Shown: positions 30,191 to 40,333, numbered from the stretch's first letter. The stretch: 64,000 bases of DNA from Pseudomonadota bacterium (GCA_043825875.1 JBDRRF010000103.1:64001-128000), one strand, 5' to 3'. A program made the numbers and translations. Notes: a model not told the origin generated them from the sequence alone.

Positions 30191-31012
30191 ATGAAAATTA
30201 TTGATTTCCATTTTCATCCATTAAGTGCGGTTGTTGATTTTCTGCCCCAGCCTATGGGGCTGTTGAAAAAAAGAAACCCTGCGTGGGTCAAAAGGTTTGC
30301 AAATATTCCCACGGCCCGTGATATATTATCTTTTCTTGATGAAGAAGAAATAGATTACGCAGTAATGCTTGCGGAAAGAATTCCAACAGTAACAGGAATT
30401 ATATCAAATGAATTTGTTGCCTCACTATGCAAAGGCGAGCCCAGACTGATTCCTTTTTGCAGCATAAATCCTGCTTTAGATATTCATATGGATGTTATGC
30501 TGGAAAAACTTGTTAAAGACGGTTTTAAAGGATTAAAACTGTGGCCCAGCTATCAGCACTTCTACCCGAATCAGCAAAACATCTACCCACTTTATGCAGC
30601 TGCCCAGAAATTGGGTATTCCAATACTTTATCATATAGGAACTTCCGTATTTGAGGGAACAAAGCTTAAATATTGTGACCCCATTTACCTTGATGAAGTA
30701 GCAGTAGATTTCCCAAAGCTCAATATTATTATGGCCCATGCCGGAAGGGGGTTTTGGTATGATAAGGCATTTACCCTGGCTTCTTTGCATAAAAACATAT
30801 ATCTTGAAATATCAGGCTTACCTCCGGCCAAACTTCTTGAATACTTTCCCCGGCTTGGAAAAATCGGCTCCAAAATAATTTTCGGATCGGATTATCCTGA
30901 TGTAACATCCATAAAAAAGAATGTGGACTACATAAAGACTCTGCCCCTCGAACCTTCAGTTATTGAAGGAATACTAGGGTTGCACGCCAATAAATTGCTA
31001 AACGTGTTTTGA
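30191..31012 (+). CDS. Amidohydrolase_2 family metallo-dependent hydrolase/decarboxylase
   Basis: IIDFHFH, KGLKL.P, LYHIG, MAHAG, FGSDYP. Confidence 0.88.
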   Translation: MKIIDFHFHPLSAVVDFLPQPMGLLKKRNPAWVKRFANIPTARDILSFLDEEEIDYAVMLAERIPTVTGIISNEFVASLCKGEPRLIPFCSINPALDIHMDVMLEKLVKDGFKGLKLWPSYQHFYPNQQNIYPLYAAAQKLGIPILYHIGTSVFEGTKLKYCDPIYLDEVAVDFPKLNIIMAHAGRGFWYDKAFTLASLHKNIYLEISGLPPAKLLEYFPRLGKIGSKIIFGSDYPDVTSIKKNVDYIKTLPLEPSVIEGILGLHANKLLNVF

Positions 31013-31064
31013 CAATTTATTAAGCTTGAGCCACTTTCAATTTGTAATTGTTTGGTTATTCTTC

Positions 31065-33191
31065 TTAAACATTTTCAAGATCGAATCCAATTGACAACCG
31101 GATCTTTTGCCACTCGGAATCCATAAGCAGAAAATATCCGAACAGGCCGTATCGATAGATTTCAGGATCTTTGGCCGGATCATAGGGCTCCGTTATATTT
31201 GTGGCATACATCAATCGGCCAAGAAAAAGCCCATCGGCTATCTGAACCAGCTCATCTATGCAGTAACAATCCGGAATTATCGTTTTTAACATTGGCCAGC
31301 GGTAGTTGAGCTGAAACGTTTCTTTGCCAATGCTTAAAGGATTAAATGAAATGTTTTTTCTTGCAATAAAGAAGAAATTCTTAACATCATAGCCAAATTC
31401 CTGGGCTTCTTCTGTTGTTGCCTTTTCAGTCCATATATCGGCCACATCCATCAGTCGTCCTACAAAACGCTCTTTAAGGGTGCGCAAAGCCTGACCGTTT
31501 GAACCCCATACAGTATTAACCTTTCCGGTTTCATACCCATCGGTGAATTCAATAAGTTTTTCTTTGGATACAGGATCAAATCGTTTACCTGTCCATGTGG
31601 AAAAAGGAGATGCTACGCTTGTGTAAAGCAGATTAATGATGTTTTTCCCGAAGAGGTCGAAAATGCCTGCCGAATGCCAGCTTATAAGCGCACCATAGTA
31701 GAAGCCATCCATAGTATCGGGGGCAATCCCACGGTTAAACAGTTCTGAAAGCTGATCAAAATATGGCGATTTATTTAGCAAATTATCCTTAAGCTCCCTG
31801 GAGTGTGTTTTCAGATAATGAAGCAAAGTGGGATACTTTCCTGCTTTAATAAGTATTTCAGATTTTAATTTATCATTGCATATTGGCAGTGCCGGTTCCT
31901 GAAACGTAAAGTCATTAAATTTATTCTGCTTGAAATTAGCCTCTATTCCGGTTTGTTTCATGCCTGGGGCATCGGGTGGAATATCCAGATATGGAAAAAG
32001 ACGACGTGCCTCGGCATGCCAATTGCTGTCTAAAAGAAGAAAATATCCGAAGTTCTGATAGTTGTAATCTTCGGGGGGCCGCTTTGGATCATAATCTTGT
32101 AACAGTTTACGTGTTGCATAACAGAGTTGTCCTAAAAACAGACCGGGAGAAACCTCTACAAGTTCATCAATAAGCCAACCATTAGGAACCGGATTATTTA
32201 AAGCCTTATAGCGATAGTTTAACTGAAATACGGGACGTACTGACTTGTCAGATACGGAAAAAGCCGGGGTACCGATAAAATAGCCTCCGTTTTTTTCCCA
32301 TCCATATGCCCGTTGTTCACTTTCAGGAGCCGGATGCAGGTTCATCCATGAATTTAACATCTGAAAGGCTATGGGATTTATAATGCGGGTGGAAATTTTA
32401 TTGAAATGATTTATCCCCAAAAGTATAGGTTCATCTGCTTTTGCTTGTTTTCCAATAATTGACTGCATCCTTGATTCTTCAACACGTTCGAGGCTTTTGC
32501 CCACCCAGGGGCTTTCGTTAGACGCTGTGGTGCCCCATATATATCCTAAAACATTTCCAAAATCAGCAACGCTCTCCGGCATTTCACCACAACGTATCCC
32601 AAGCGTGATTCCATAAAAATGCCCCTGCACGATTTCCGGAGTCCGGCCTGCATCAAATAAAGTTGCAAGGCTAGTATAAACAGGATCATTATTGTCTGCG
32701 CTGCGATCAAGAACTCTTTTATATTCGTAAAACAGCTCAAGTATCGAACCATGTTTTTCAAGTTTTTTATTGAATTCATTTAGAATGAAATCTTTAACAT
32801 TACTGTCTGAACGAAAAGTCCATGTTTTTATATCCGGCGTGCCCTTGCATAATGGATCTTCAATCTGATGTTCTATATCGGCTTTAGCCAAAAGCCGACT
32901 TGGTATGTTTACATCAATTAAAAGATCTTTTGTGACATCATAGATAATATGATTACGGGTGCTATTTAAGACATCGCCATTTGCACTCTTAACCTTCAAA
33001 TAGATATCAGGCTTGTCGATTATTTCATTTTTGGCTTCACATTTTATTGCAAATGCACCACCGGCATCAGTTTGGGTAGTACCAAGAAGATCGTCAATAA
33101 ATAAATCGGCATCATATGCTTCTACGGTAAGACCGGCTACGCCTTGTCCGTTTTCTTTACATTTAGCGGTTCCACTGATAGTAAATCCCAT
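31065..33191 (-). CDS. Uncharacterised 708-aa protein: transthyretin-like N-terminal domain plus two tandem homologous domains
   Basis: GLTVEAYDAD..DDLLGT..TD..G.F..KPDIY at the N-terminus; duplicated W.GK / FQLNYR / IDELV...GLFLG / FGYFLL.DS.W motifs. Confidence 0.8.
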   Translation of the reverse strand: MGFTISGTAKCKENGQGVAGLTVEAYDADLFIDDLLGTTQTDAGGAFAIKCEAKNEIIDKPDIYLKVKSANGDVLNSTRNHIIYDVTKDLLIDVNIPSRLLAKADIEHQIEDPLCKGTPDIKTWTFRSDSNVKDFILNEFNKKLEKHGSILELFYEYKRVLDRSADNNDPVYTSLATLFDAGRTPEIVQGHFYGITLGIRCGEMPESVADFGNVLGYIWGTTASNESPWVGKSLERVEESRMQSIIGKQAKADEPILLGINHFNKISTRIINPIAFQMLNSWMNLHPAPESEQRAYGWEKNGGYFIGTPAFSVSDKSVRPVFQLNYRYKALNNPVPNGWLIDELVEVSPGLFLGQLCYATRKLLQDYDPKRPPEDYNYQNFGYFLLLDSNWHAEARRLFPYLDIPPDAPGMKQTGIEANFKQNKFNDFTFQEPALPICNDKLKSEILIKAGKYPTLLHYLKTHSRELKDNLLNKSPYFDQLSELFNRGIAPDTMDGFYYGALISWHSAGIFDLFGKNIINLLYTSVASPFSTWTGKRFDPVSKEKLIEFTDGYETGKVNTVWGSNGQALRTLKERFVGRLMDVADIWTEKATTEEAQEFGYDVKNFFFIARKNISFNPLSIGKETFQLNYRWPMLKTIIPDCYCIDELVQIADGLFLGRLMYATNITEPYDPAKDPEIYRYGLFGYFLLMDSEWQKIRLSIGFDLENV

Positions 33192-33194
33192 TAT

Positions 33195-34115
33195 CTACCT
33201 CCTTGTGCGATGTTGGTTCACGATAGTACTAAACATTTGTTCAATATCCCGGTATTCATCTAAAGGCATGGATTGTGCGCAAAGATCATCCGAAGCATCT
33301 TTTCCCAGAGCAGCGGCTTTAAAAAGTGTTCCGGGGTGATATGGGCGAAGGATATAAGATAAATTATCTATAGCACCAATGTATTCGGCTATCGCCTTAA
33401 TATTTTTTGAATCTGCTGTAAATCCGCCTATAACAGGAATTGAACATATAAGTTTGTCGCGTGCCACATCTTTAAGTTTTGAAAAATTTGTAAGAATAAT
33501 ATTATTGTTTTGCCCGGTAAGTCTCTGGTGAATATCCGGAGCAAGTAATTTTATGTCAAAATATATCAGATCGATCATGTCAAGCAATGTACTTTCAAAA
33601 AGATCCCAGTTAAAAAAACCGCAGGTTTGAATTGCTGTATGAATTTTCTCTTTTTTCAGTTTTTGTAAAACCTGGCCAAGGTAACGACAGTCCTGTGTAG
33701 GTTCACCCCCCGAAAAAGTAACGCCTCCTTTTGAATGTTCAAAGAATCGTTTATCTTTAAGCAGTATTTGTACAAGTTCTTCCGGTTCATAATATTGCCC
33801 TTTGATAGTTAGAGCTTTGCCAGGGCAAACGGATGCACACAATCCGCAATTATTGCATGTATCACGGTCAATTTTAACAAAGCCATTTATCATAATAGCA
33901 TTTTCAGGACATACTGATGAGCAGTCACCGCAAAGTATGCAATTTTGCGGCTGATGGTACAGTTCGGGTTCAGAGCTTATGCCTTCAGGATTATGACACC
34001 AGAGACAGCTTAATGGGCAGCCTTTGAAAAATACTGTACTTCTTATTCCTGGCCCGTCATCTAAAGCATACCGATGAATGTCGAATATAAGCGGCCGTTG
34101 TTTATCAAAGCTCAT
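33195..34115 (-). CDS. Glycyl-radical enzyme activating enzyme (radical SAM with ferredoxin insert)
   Basis: DGPGIRSTVFFKGCPLSCLWCHNPE, two CxxCxxCxxxC motifs, GGVTFSGGEP. Confidence 0.95.
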   Translation of the reverse strand: MSFDKQRPLIFDIHRYALDDGPGIRSTVFFKGCPLSCLWCHNPEGISSEPELYHQPQNCILCGDCSSVCPENAIMINGFVKIDRDTCNNCGLCASVCPGKALTIKGQYYEPEELVQILLKDKRFFEHSKGGVTFSGGEPTQDCRYLGQVLQKLKKEKIHTAIQTCGFFNWDLFESTLLDMIDLIYFDIKLLAPDIHQRLTGQNNNIILTNFSKLKDVARDKLICSIPVIGGFTADSKNIKAIAEYIGAIDNLSYILRPYHPGTLFKAAALGKDASDDLCAQSMPLDEYRDIEQMFSTIVNQHRTRR

Positions 34116-34119
34116 TGCA

Positions 34120-34581
34120 TTATAAGCTCGGCATATATTTTAACTGCAAATTTTTGGACATATATCCAAATTTATGAATATAATTCAGGTTACCGTCTAT
34201 AGTAATATCTTGTTTCAATATTGAACCAAGAATGTCAGGTTTGGGGCTTAGCAGAAAATCCATAAGCGCTTTACCATCGCGAAAAGTCACAGTAATATTA
34301 GTATCGCCTATTTCTTTTTTGGCAACCTTCATTTTATTATCTTTAAATATTGCAGCTACAGTGATTGTTTTATCCTTGCTGCAAAACAGATAACGTGCGT
34401 CAAAATTTTTGATGTTTCTTCTAAAATCCTTATCCAGACAAAGCACAAGACTCATTAGATTTAAAAGTACATCCAAAAAACCTTCAGCCTTTTCGGATTG
34501 TAAGGTTTGCAAAAACTTGTCAGCAGCGGTTTTAGCACGTTGTGCTCTCATCAAAACAATATTTAACAATTTATCCCACAT
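34120..34581 (-). CDS. Stand-alone SCP2-like (sterol carrier/lipid-binding) domain protein
   Basis: ITVTFRDGKALMDFL...DI...ILKQDITIDGNLNYIHKF resembles the SCP2 C-terminal signature; RBS GGGAG before ATG 34581. Confidence 0.65.
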   Translation of the reverse strand: MWDKLLNIVLMRAQRAKTAADKFLQTLQSEKAEGFLDVLLNLMSLVLCLDKDFRRNIKNFDARYLFCSKDKTITVAAIFKDNKMKVAKKEIGDTNITVTFRDGKALMDFLLSPKPDILGSILKQDITIDGNLNYIHKFGYMSKNLQLKYMPSL

Positions 34582-34603
34582 AATATCGGTCTCCCTGTAA
34601 TAG

Positions 34604-37084
34604 TTATTTTGTTCCCAGCATATCGCTGTGAGCATCCGGAAATATTACGGACTTACCATTTTTAAGATCATATGCAGTACGAGTGATGATCTCTTCTTTC
34701 ATGGCATCGTTAAGATCTTTGAAATAGGCGGAATATCCCGAAACTCTTACCAGTAGTTCGGGATAATCATCCGGGTGCTCTTTAGCATCAAGCAGCATTT
34801 CATAATCCATGATATTGCACTGAATATGCAAGCCTCCGCATTCAAAATAAGTTTCAATTCCTGCACCAAATCTGTCTATATCTTCGGCTCCGTTTATCGC
34901 CGGATATTTTAAGTTGAATGCTTCTCCGCCGGGAATACAAAGGGGATCCAATCCTCCTACCGATTGCAGGCAGGAGGCCAAATCGGTAGCAGCCTGGGAA
35001 ACCGGAGTAATGCCGCTTGCAAAAACTTTATTCGCTTTACGGCCATTGGGCAATGCACCGCAAAGCTTGCCCTGGCCGGCATGGTTTGTCATTGTCCAGA
35101 AGGCCGGCCTGTATTTGCCGCCACGGTAGTTGGTATGTTTTTGGTAAAAATCAAACAACAATTTTACTACCCGCTGGGCATTGGCCTGAGACTCAGGTTC
35201 CATACTGCCGTATTTGGGAGTTTGGTTTACAAGATAAGCATGCAACTTATCATAACCGTTAAAATCTGCTTTCATAGCAGTAATAAGTTCCGAAAAAGTG
35301 CATTTGCGGTCAGTAAAAATAGCCTTTTCAATTGCGCTTATTGAATCAACAGTATCTGCAAACCCTATATGGGTAGCACCGGAAGAATTATAAATTGCGC
35401 CACCGAAAATTAAATCCTTGCCTTTTTCCAGGGGCCCTTCAAAAAAAGCCGAAAGCAAAGGCGATGGCAAAATATCCTGATAAACCTTGCCAAACATTTC
35501 ATTAAGCTCAATAGCTTTTCCGGCAAGCCACTCAAACTGCTTTGAAAAGGCGTTCCAGAAATCTTCGAAATCGTTAAAGGCCGACAGTTCGCCGGTAGCA
35601 GGGCCTATCTGCTCATCACCGGTAACCGGCCTTTTACCATTATATAAGACAAGTTCCAAAACGGAAGCAAGGTTTAGCATGATGGAGCTGGAAGCATCAT
35701 AACTGCGCCCTGCGGAAGCCAGCTCCACACAACCTATAACAGCGTAATCCCTGGCGTGTTCGGTTTTTATTCCCTGGTTTTCAAGAGTTTTAATATCTGC
35801 AATATCGTTATGTACAGCAGGTACAGAGCGGGTATTTGCTATAACTTCTGCTACCCGGTTGCGGTAGTCCTTGCTGTTTATATTCTGGTGATAGCGGGCG
35901 TTTAAACTTGGATCACGGGTTTTAAGCAATTCGGTTACACGCAGCATTAAATAGGTAAGATCGTTTACTGCATCTTTCCCTTCGGTATCAACACCTCCTA
36001 CAGTTACGGCCGGAACCGTTCCGGCACCACCGAATAACTCCTCGGCAGTTTCCGGCACAAGATTTGTGTTGTCATTCAGCTTAAGCCACAAACAGCCTAT
36101 TAGTTCCAAGGCTTCTTCAATATTTAGTTTACCGGCTTTAATATCACGCTCAAAATATGGATAGAGTATCTGATCCAGCCGACCCGGGCTCATAGCCATA
36201 TTTATATTTTCAGCATGAATTGCTACCTGAATTATCCACAAAGAATTAATTGCTTCGCGAAAACTCCTGGCTGGCTTTGCAGGAACCTGGGCGCAAACTT
36301 CTGCCATCTTCTGATAATTTGCTTTGCGCTCTAAATTACTTTCATTTTTAGCAAGCTTTGCTGCTTCCGCACTCAAGTTTGCAGCATATGCAATAATACC
36401 CTGCAAGGCTATTTGAACCGCCCGGTAGAAAAGCATACTTCGCTGTTCTTCTTCATTAAGGTTTCCCTTGGCCTTGATTTCCTGCTCCTTTTTGGCCGCC
36501 TGCTTTATAATATATTCTATTCCATGTTCAAGCGCTGTCACATAATAAGGCACAGTGTGGGAAATAGTTCCCGCCTTGCTTGCTATAAAAAACACTATGC
36601 GCTCGAAAAGCCTCATGCATTCCGGATTATTATAACGCTTCCGCGTAACTTCCAAAGGACTTCTATCCATCCAGTAAGGGTAGATATCAAAGTTAAGTTT
36701 TTCTATTTCCTCAGGGGTCAGTGTTTGAGGATTTTTATCACGTTTGCTGATCACATCAAGTTCCGACCAGATATGAAGACCTGTCCACTCAGGATAAACC
36801 GGTGCACCAAAAGGTTTAGAGCAGGTAGTACCGGCAAGCAGATTGTCGTCAAAAAAAAGCGGCTTTTTTTCCTTTAAAAAATATGCCACCGCTCCGGCAT
36901 AACGTGTTAGCATGGGATCATTGTCTGAGGACATGTCTTTTAAAAAACGGGTAACAAAATCAGCCCGCTCGATGCATACCGCCGGTTTTATCTTAAGCAG
37001 GTTACTGCGCAAACTGTTGAGAAGCGGCATATTGTCTAAAGTATGTTCTTTGAGCCTTATGTCTTGTAATGTTATTTCACTCAT
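34604..37084 (-). CDS. Glycyl radical enzyme (PFL2-like, unknown substrate)
   Basis: GRLDQ.LYPY, Cys loop IGCVEL, PNGR, Gly loop LLVRVSGYSAYF. Confidence 0.93.
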   Translation of the reverse strand: MSEITLQDIRLKEHTLDNMPLLNSLRSNLLKIKPAVCIERADFVTRFLKDMSSDNDPMLTRYAGAVAYFLKEKKPLFFDDNLLAGTTCSKPFGAPVYPEWTGLHIWSELDVISKRDKNPQTLTPEEIEKLNFDIYPYWMDRSPLEVTRKRYNNPECMRLFERIVFFIASKAGTISHTVPYYVTALEHGIEYIIKQAAKKEQEIKAKGNLNEEEQRSMLFYRAVQIALQGIIAYAANLSAEAAKLAKNESNLERKANYQKMAEVCAQVPAKPARSFREAINSLWIIQVAIHAENINMAMSPGRLDQILYPYFERDIKAGKLNIEEALELIGCLWLKLNDNTNLVPETAEELFGGAGTVPAVTVGGVDTEGKDAVNDLTYLMLRVTELLKTRDPSLNARYHQNINSKDYRNRVAEVIANTRSVPAVHNDIADIKTLENQGIKTEHARDYAVIGCVELASAGRSYDASSSIMLNLASVLELVLYNGKRPVTGDEQIGPATGELSAFNDFEDFWNAFSKQFEWLAGKAIELNEMFGKVYQDILPSPLLSAFFEGPLEKGKDLIFGGAIYNSSGATHIGFADTVDSISAIEKAIFTDRKCTFSELITAMKADFNGYDKLHAYLVNQTPKYGSMEPESQANAQRVVKLLFDFYQKHTNYRGGKYRPAFWTMTNHAGQGKLCGALPNGRKANKVFASGITPVSQAATDLASCLQSVGGLDPLCIPGGEAFNLKYPAINGAEDIDRFGAGIETYFECGGLHIQCNIMDYEMLLDAKEHPDDYPELLVRVSGYSAYFKDLNDAMKEEIITRTAYDLKNGKSVIFPDAHSDMLGTK

Positions 37085-37267
37085 GGATAGTCTCCTTTAT
37101 TTATGACATATGTCCTGACTTGAATGGGTACCAATAGCAGAATAAATTTGTCTTTAAGAATATATCATTAAATTATGGTTTCCTACGGGGTCGAATTTAG
37201 AGAGTTTTGAATAAATTACATTTATATTATCGGGGTATGTGATCAGAACTTTTTTTTCCGATGGCAA

Positions 37268-37296
37268 ATCTTAGGGGAATCAGCCTTTTATGTCAA
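37268..37296 (-). promoter_or_regulatory. Sigma70-type promoter for the GRE operon
   Basis: Minus strand TTGACA-17 bp-TAAGAT, about 180 bp upstream of the GRE ATG. Confidence 0.6.
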
Positions 37297-37394
37297 TATA
37301 AAAATAATCGCTTTTGTTGAGTTTTGTTAATAATTACTATAGCAAAGGCCTTATTCCGATAACATAAACTCTCTTTCACAGAACTTTGTTATAA

Positions 37395-39023
37395 TTATGA
37401 TTTATCATGACATTTGGAACAAGATGTGGGCCCGGTTTTTTCTCCTGTCTTTTTCATTTCCCGGTGGCATTTTATACAATAATCCATTGCCTGTTTGGTT
37501 TGAAGTTTTCCATTTGACTTCATCTCAAAGATAGCGCCAATTTTTTTTGGAAACATATCGTGACAAGTCATACAATCTTTCACCGCTTTCTCATGTTTTT
37601 CATGGGGAAAGTCAATACTTCCCCTATCACCTCCTGAAAGCTCAAAAACTTCTTTGACAGCCTTCCCGTTTTCCGGAAATATTGTTTCAATTTGCTCCAT
37701 TGTAATTACAGGTAAAACATTCTTCCCTTTTCCCAGAACCATATCTATTAATTTCTGTGGAGCACTCCTGTAAAGCAATTTTACCGAAACAGATAACTGT
37801 TCGAAGTTTTTCTTTTGAAATACAATCTCTTCCCTGGCAGATTCTTTGGGCGGAATACGTTTATCTTTTAAAATTTCACGGGCTTTTGAGATATTTAAAA
37901 CCGGATTACCTTTTCCGTCTCCAAAAATTGTGTTATAAATTATTGTGCCTTCGGTTATATAGCCATCTTTATCAAGCTTTCCGCTTGAATAAACGATATT
38001 ATTATTTTCATCTTTAATAACAATTTCAAGCCACATCTGCCGCACATCCGTAAGGCCGGTTGGAAGGTAGTGACCGGCTCCTGAATTTGTTATAATTATA
38101 CCAAGCTTTCCTTTTTTTAACTCAAGTGTATCCAGAAGTATATCGGCGCTATTAGTCAACCTTTCTATTGCCATATCCCTTTTTTCCATACTATTAAAAT
38201 TTGCAGGAACAACCGTATTTGCGCCTGTAAAATAATGTGTGAATATATGATCCCTTATTGGTCCATCATCGGCAGCCCTGCCTTTATTAAAAGGTCTTGG
38301 TGTGGATGCTGTTGCCGGAATACCTGGACGTTGATACATATGGCAGCCCTGACAGGTAATTTTTTGTGTTTCATCTTTGTTATTGTATGGTCCGTTTTTC
38401 CATTCGTCATATGTAGTCTCAAGTTTGGTAGCAAATGATACATGAGATACATTATGGCAGGTGCCACATATTTTTGCATCGGTGTGAAATTCGGAAAAAG
38501 CACTTTCATGATAATCGGAATTGGAATCCTTAAATGGTCCGCGTTTTATGCCCGGATCATCTTCGCCATGCCCCGGACTAAGAATTAGCCCGTTGTTATA
38601 AATTTTATCCGCGCCAGTTGCCGAATGGCAATAATCACACTGGATTCCTTTTTTTGCTATTTCAGGAACCTTAGCTCTGTTATCTGAAGTTTTTTCAGGA
38701 TATCCTGTAATATTGCCAACAGGGGTATGACATTTAATACATGATTCGCTTTCGGCAATTTCACCATTATCATTCAAACCTGAAAGCATATACTTTGAAA
38801 CCGCAACATATAAAGGATCTTCATGGGAAAGATGATGCATGGAATTTTGCCACTGGCTATATATTGTGCTATGACAGTCACCACAAACCTCAGGTGAAAC
38901 AAAGCGATCAATTGTAAGCTTTTCGGCATATGAAAAAACCGCAATGAAAAAAATTGCGGCTATCATAATTCCAGCTAAAAGTACCTTCTTGTTTAAAGAA
39001 AATATAGGTTGTTTTGATTTCAT
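37395..39023 (-). CDS. Periplasmic octaheme cytochrome c (five-heme c554-like domain plus three-heme c3/c7-like C-terminal domain)
   Basis: Signal peptide; 8 CxxCH motifs (CGDCH, CIKCH, CDYCH, CGTCH, CQGCH, CMTCH, CIKCH, CSKCH); GAGHYLPTG; FPHEKH; ATG 39023 with AGGAG. Confidence 0.9.
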   Translation of the reverse strand: MKSKQPIFSLNKKVLLAGIMIAAIFFIAVFSYAEKLTIDRFVSPEVCGDCHSTIYSQWQNSMHHLSHEDPLYVAVSKYMLSGLNDNGEIAESESCIKCHTPVGNITGYPEKTSDNRAKVPEIAKKGIQCDYCHSATGADKIYNNGLILSPGHGEDDPGIKRGPFKDSNSDYHESAFSEFHTDAKICGTCHNVSHVSFATKLETTYDEWKNGPYNNKDETQKITCQGCHMYQRPGIPATASTPRPFNKGRAADDGPIRDHIFTHYFTGANTVVPANFNSMEKRDMAIERLTNSADILLDTLELKKGKLGIIITNSGAGHYLPTGLTDVRQMWLEIVIKDENNNIVYSSGKLDKDGYITEGTIIYNTIFGDGKGNPVLNISKAREILKDKRIPPKESAREEIVFQKKNFEQLSVSVKLLYRSAPQKLIDMVLGKGKNVLPVITMEQIETIFPENGKAVKEVFELSGGDRGSIDFPHEKHEKAVKDCMTCHDMFPKKIGAIFEMKSNGKLQTKQAMDYCIKCHREMKKTGEKTGPTSCSKCHDKS

Positions 39024-39043
39024 CTCTGCTCCTGTTAACTGTT

Positions 39044-39204
39044 GAGCCACTTTCAAAACGTTTCAGTTTGGTCAAGCTCAAGGCGGGAGAAAATTTCAAC
39101 CACAGGAATACATTTAGTATTTTGAGGATAGCGCCAAAGCTTCATTTCGTGCGAAAGAGCCCAACACAGAAATCGGCCAAAATGGGGTGTTTTGAAACTG
39201 GCTC
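39044..39204 (+). mobile_element. MITE-like repeat family A, copy 3 (long form)
   Basis: Same TIRs; insert AGCGCCAAAGCTTCATTTCGTGC. Confidence 0.85.
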
Positions 39205-39403
39205 AAGATTTTATTTTATTATACCGATATACTAAAATATGAATATTGACACTTGCTATAAAATGATCTCCTTCTTTTCATATAATTTTTTGTAATATCT
39301 ATAAAAATTTATTTGCATCAATTTTGTAATATAAACCCATTATAGGGAAATGTTAACTTGGTTAACACTATAACATAAAAATTAAATACAAGGAGATACG
39401 ATT

Positions 39404-39697
39404 ATGCAAGAAGAGATTAATAACCTAATTAGCAATAATATTCAACAAAAGAAAGAACATTCAGTTGATGTTCATTTTACACTCCCACTATTATTTAAGC
39501 GTTTGTATTTTGTTTTTTCTGCCGGACCGGATGTTCGGGCAAAGAAAATAAATACTTCTGTTTTGGATATGGAAAAACGTTCCAAAACTAAGGCAAAGGA
39601 TACATTGATTGTAATTATGGGCTTTCTCTTTTTTTCCGCATTTTTTGGTGCGCTTCTTATTAAAATTATGCATATTATGGCTAACCGGACGATTTAA
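39404..39697 (+). CDS. Small hypothetical membrane protein
   Basis: AAGGAG RBS, C-terminal TM helix. Confidence 0.6.
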   Translation: MQEEINNLISNNIQQKKEHSVDVHFTLPLLFKRLYFVFSAGPDVRAKKINTSVLDMEKRSKTKAKDTLIVIMGFLFFSAFFGALLIKIMHIMANRTI

Positions 39698-40333
39698 TAA
39701 TAACCAAATATTGGATTATAAAGAACCTTTCTTGCCGTAAAAGTTAAGAGACTTGCATTGTTGCTTCTAACAATAAGTAGTTTATGAAGCGTTTATATCC
39801 TCTTTTTGATGATAACGGTAAGTATCTTTCAACAGGTTTTTGTAAAATTTCAGATCTTCGATTACGGTGCCAAATTCGCTAACGGGAATCCAAACAGCCC
39901 CTAAGCTATTAATCTCCATGGAACCCTATTTTTTGGCTTCTGTATAATATTTTTTGTACCCAAGGGGGCATTCTCGATGTTTTTAGTCAATTTTCTACGA
40001 TTCGCATACGCATTCAAAACCATAATAGGTTGAATCGTAACATTATTTTGATAACTACAATATGCAAAAAATATGCGTTGAAATTTGCTTGCTGTTGCGA
40101 TTTAACAGGCTATACGCTCATCCCAAACCAGGGCATTTTCGCCCTTTATATTTTGAAGGCCATTTTTATTGTTTAATAATATTTATTATTGACTCTGGCG
40201 CTATAACTCAATATTTACATTGTACAAAAATAAAACGAAGCAGTCAGAAAATATTCTGTTTTGCCTGAAACATAAAAATCAAGACTTGCATGCAAAAGAG
40301 GGTATTTTTTAAATATCTTAAACGGAGGAAACG

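Noticed and set aside
34604..37084. Pyruvate formate-lyase, benzylsuccinate synthase or a microcompartment GRE
   Set aside because: Single-Cys GCVEL loop rather than Cys-Cys; no small Fe-S subunit genes and no shell protein genes nearby
39014..39235. 73-aa ORF (and the similar ORF 57808-58002, and the 39056 start for the cytochrome)
   Set aside because: These are translations of MITE family A sequence
39783..40030. Short minus-strand frame MEINSLGAVWIP...
   Set aside because: Only about 45 aa, no clear RBS or recognisable motif; may be a remnant
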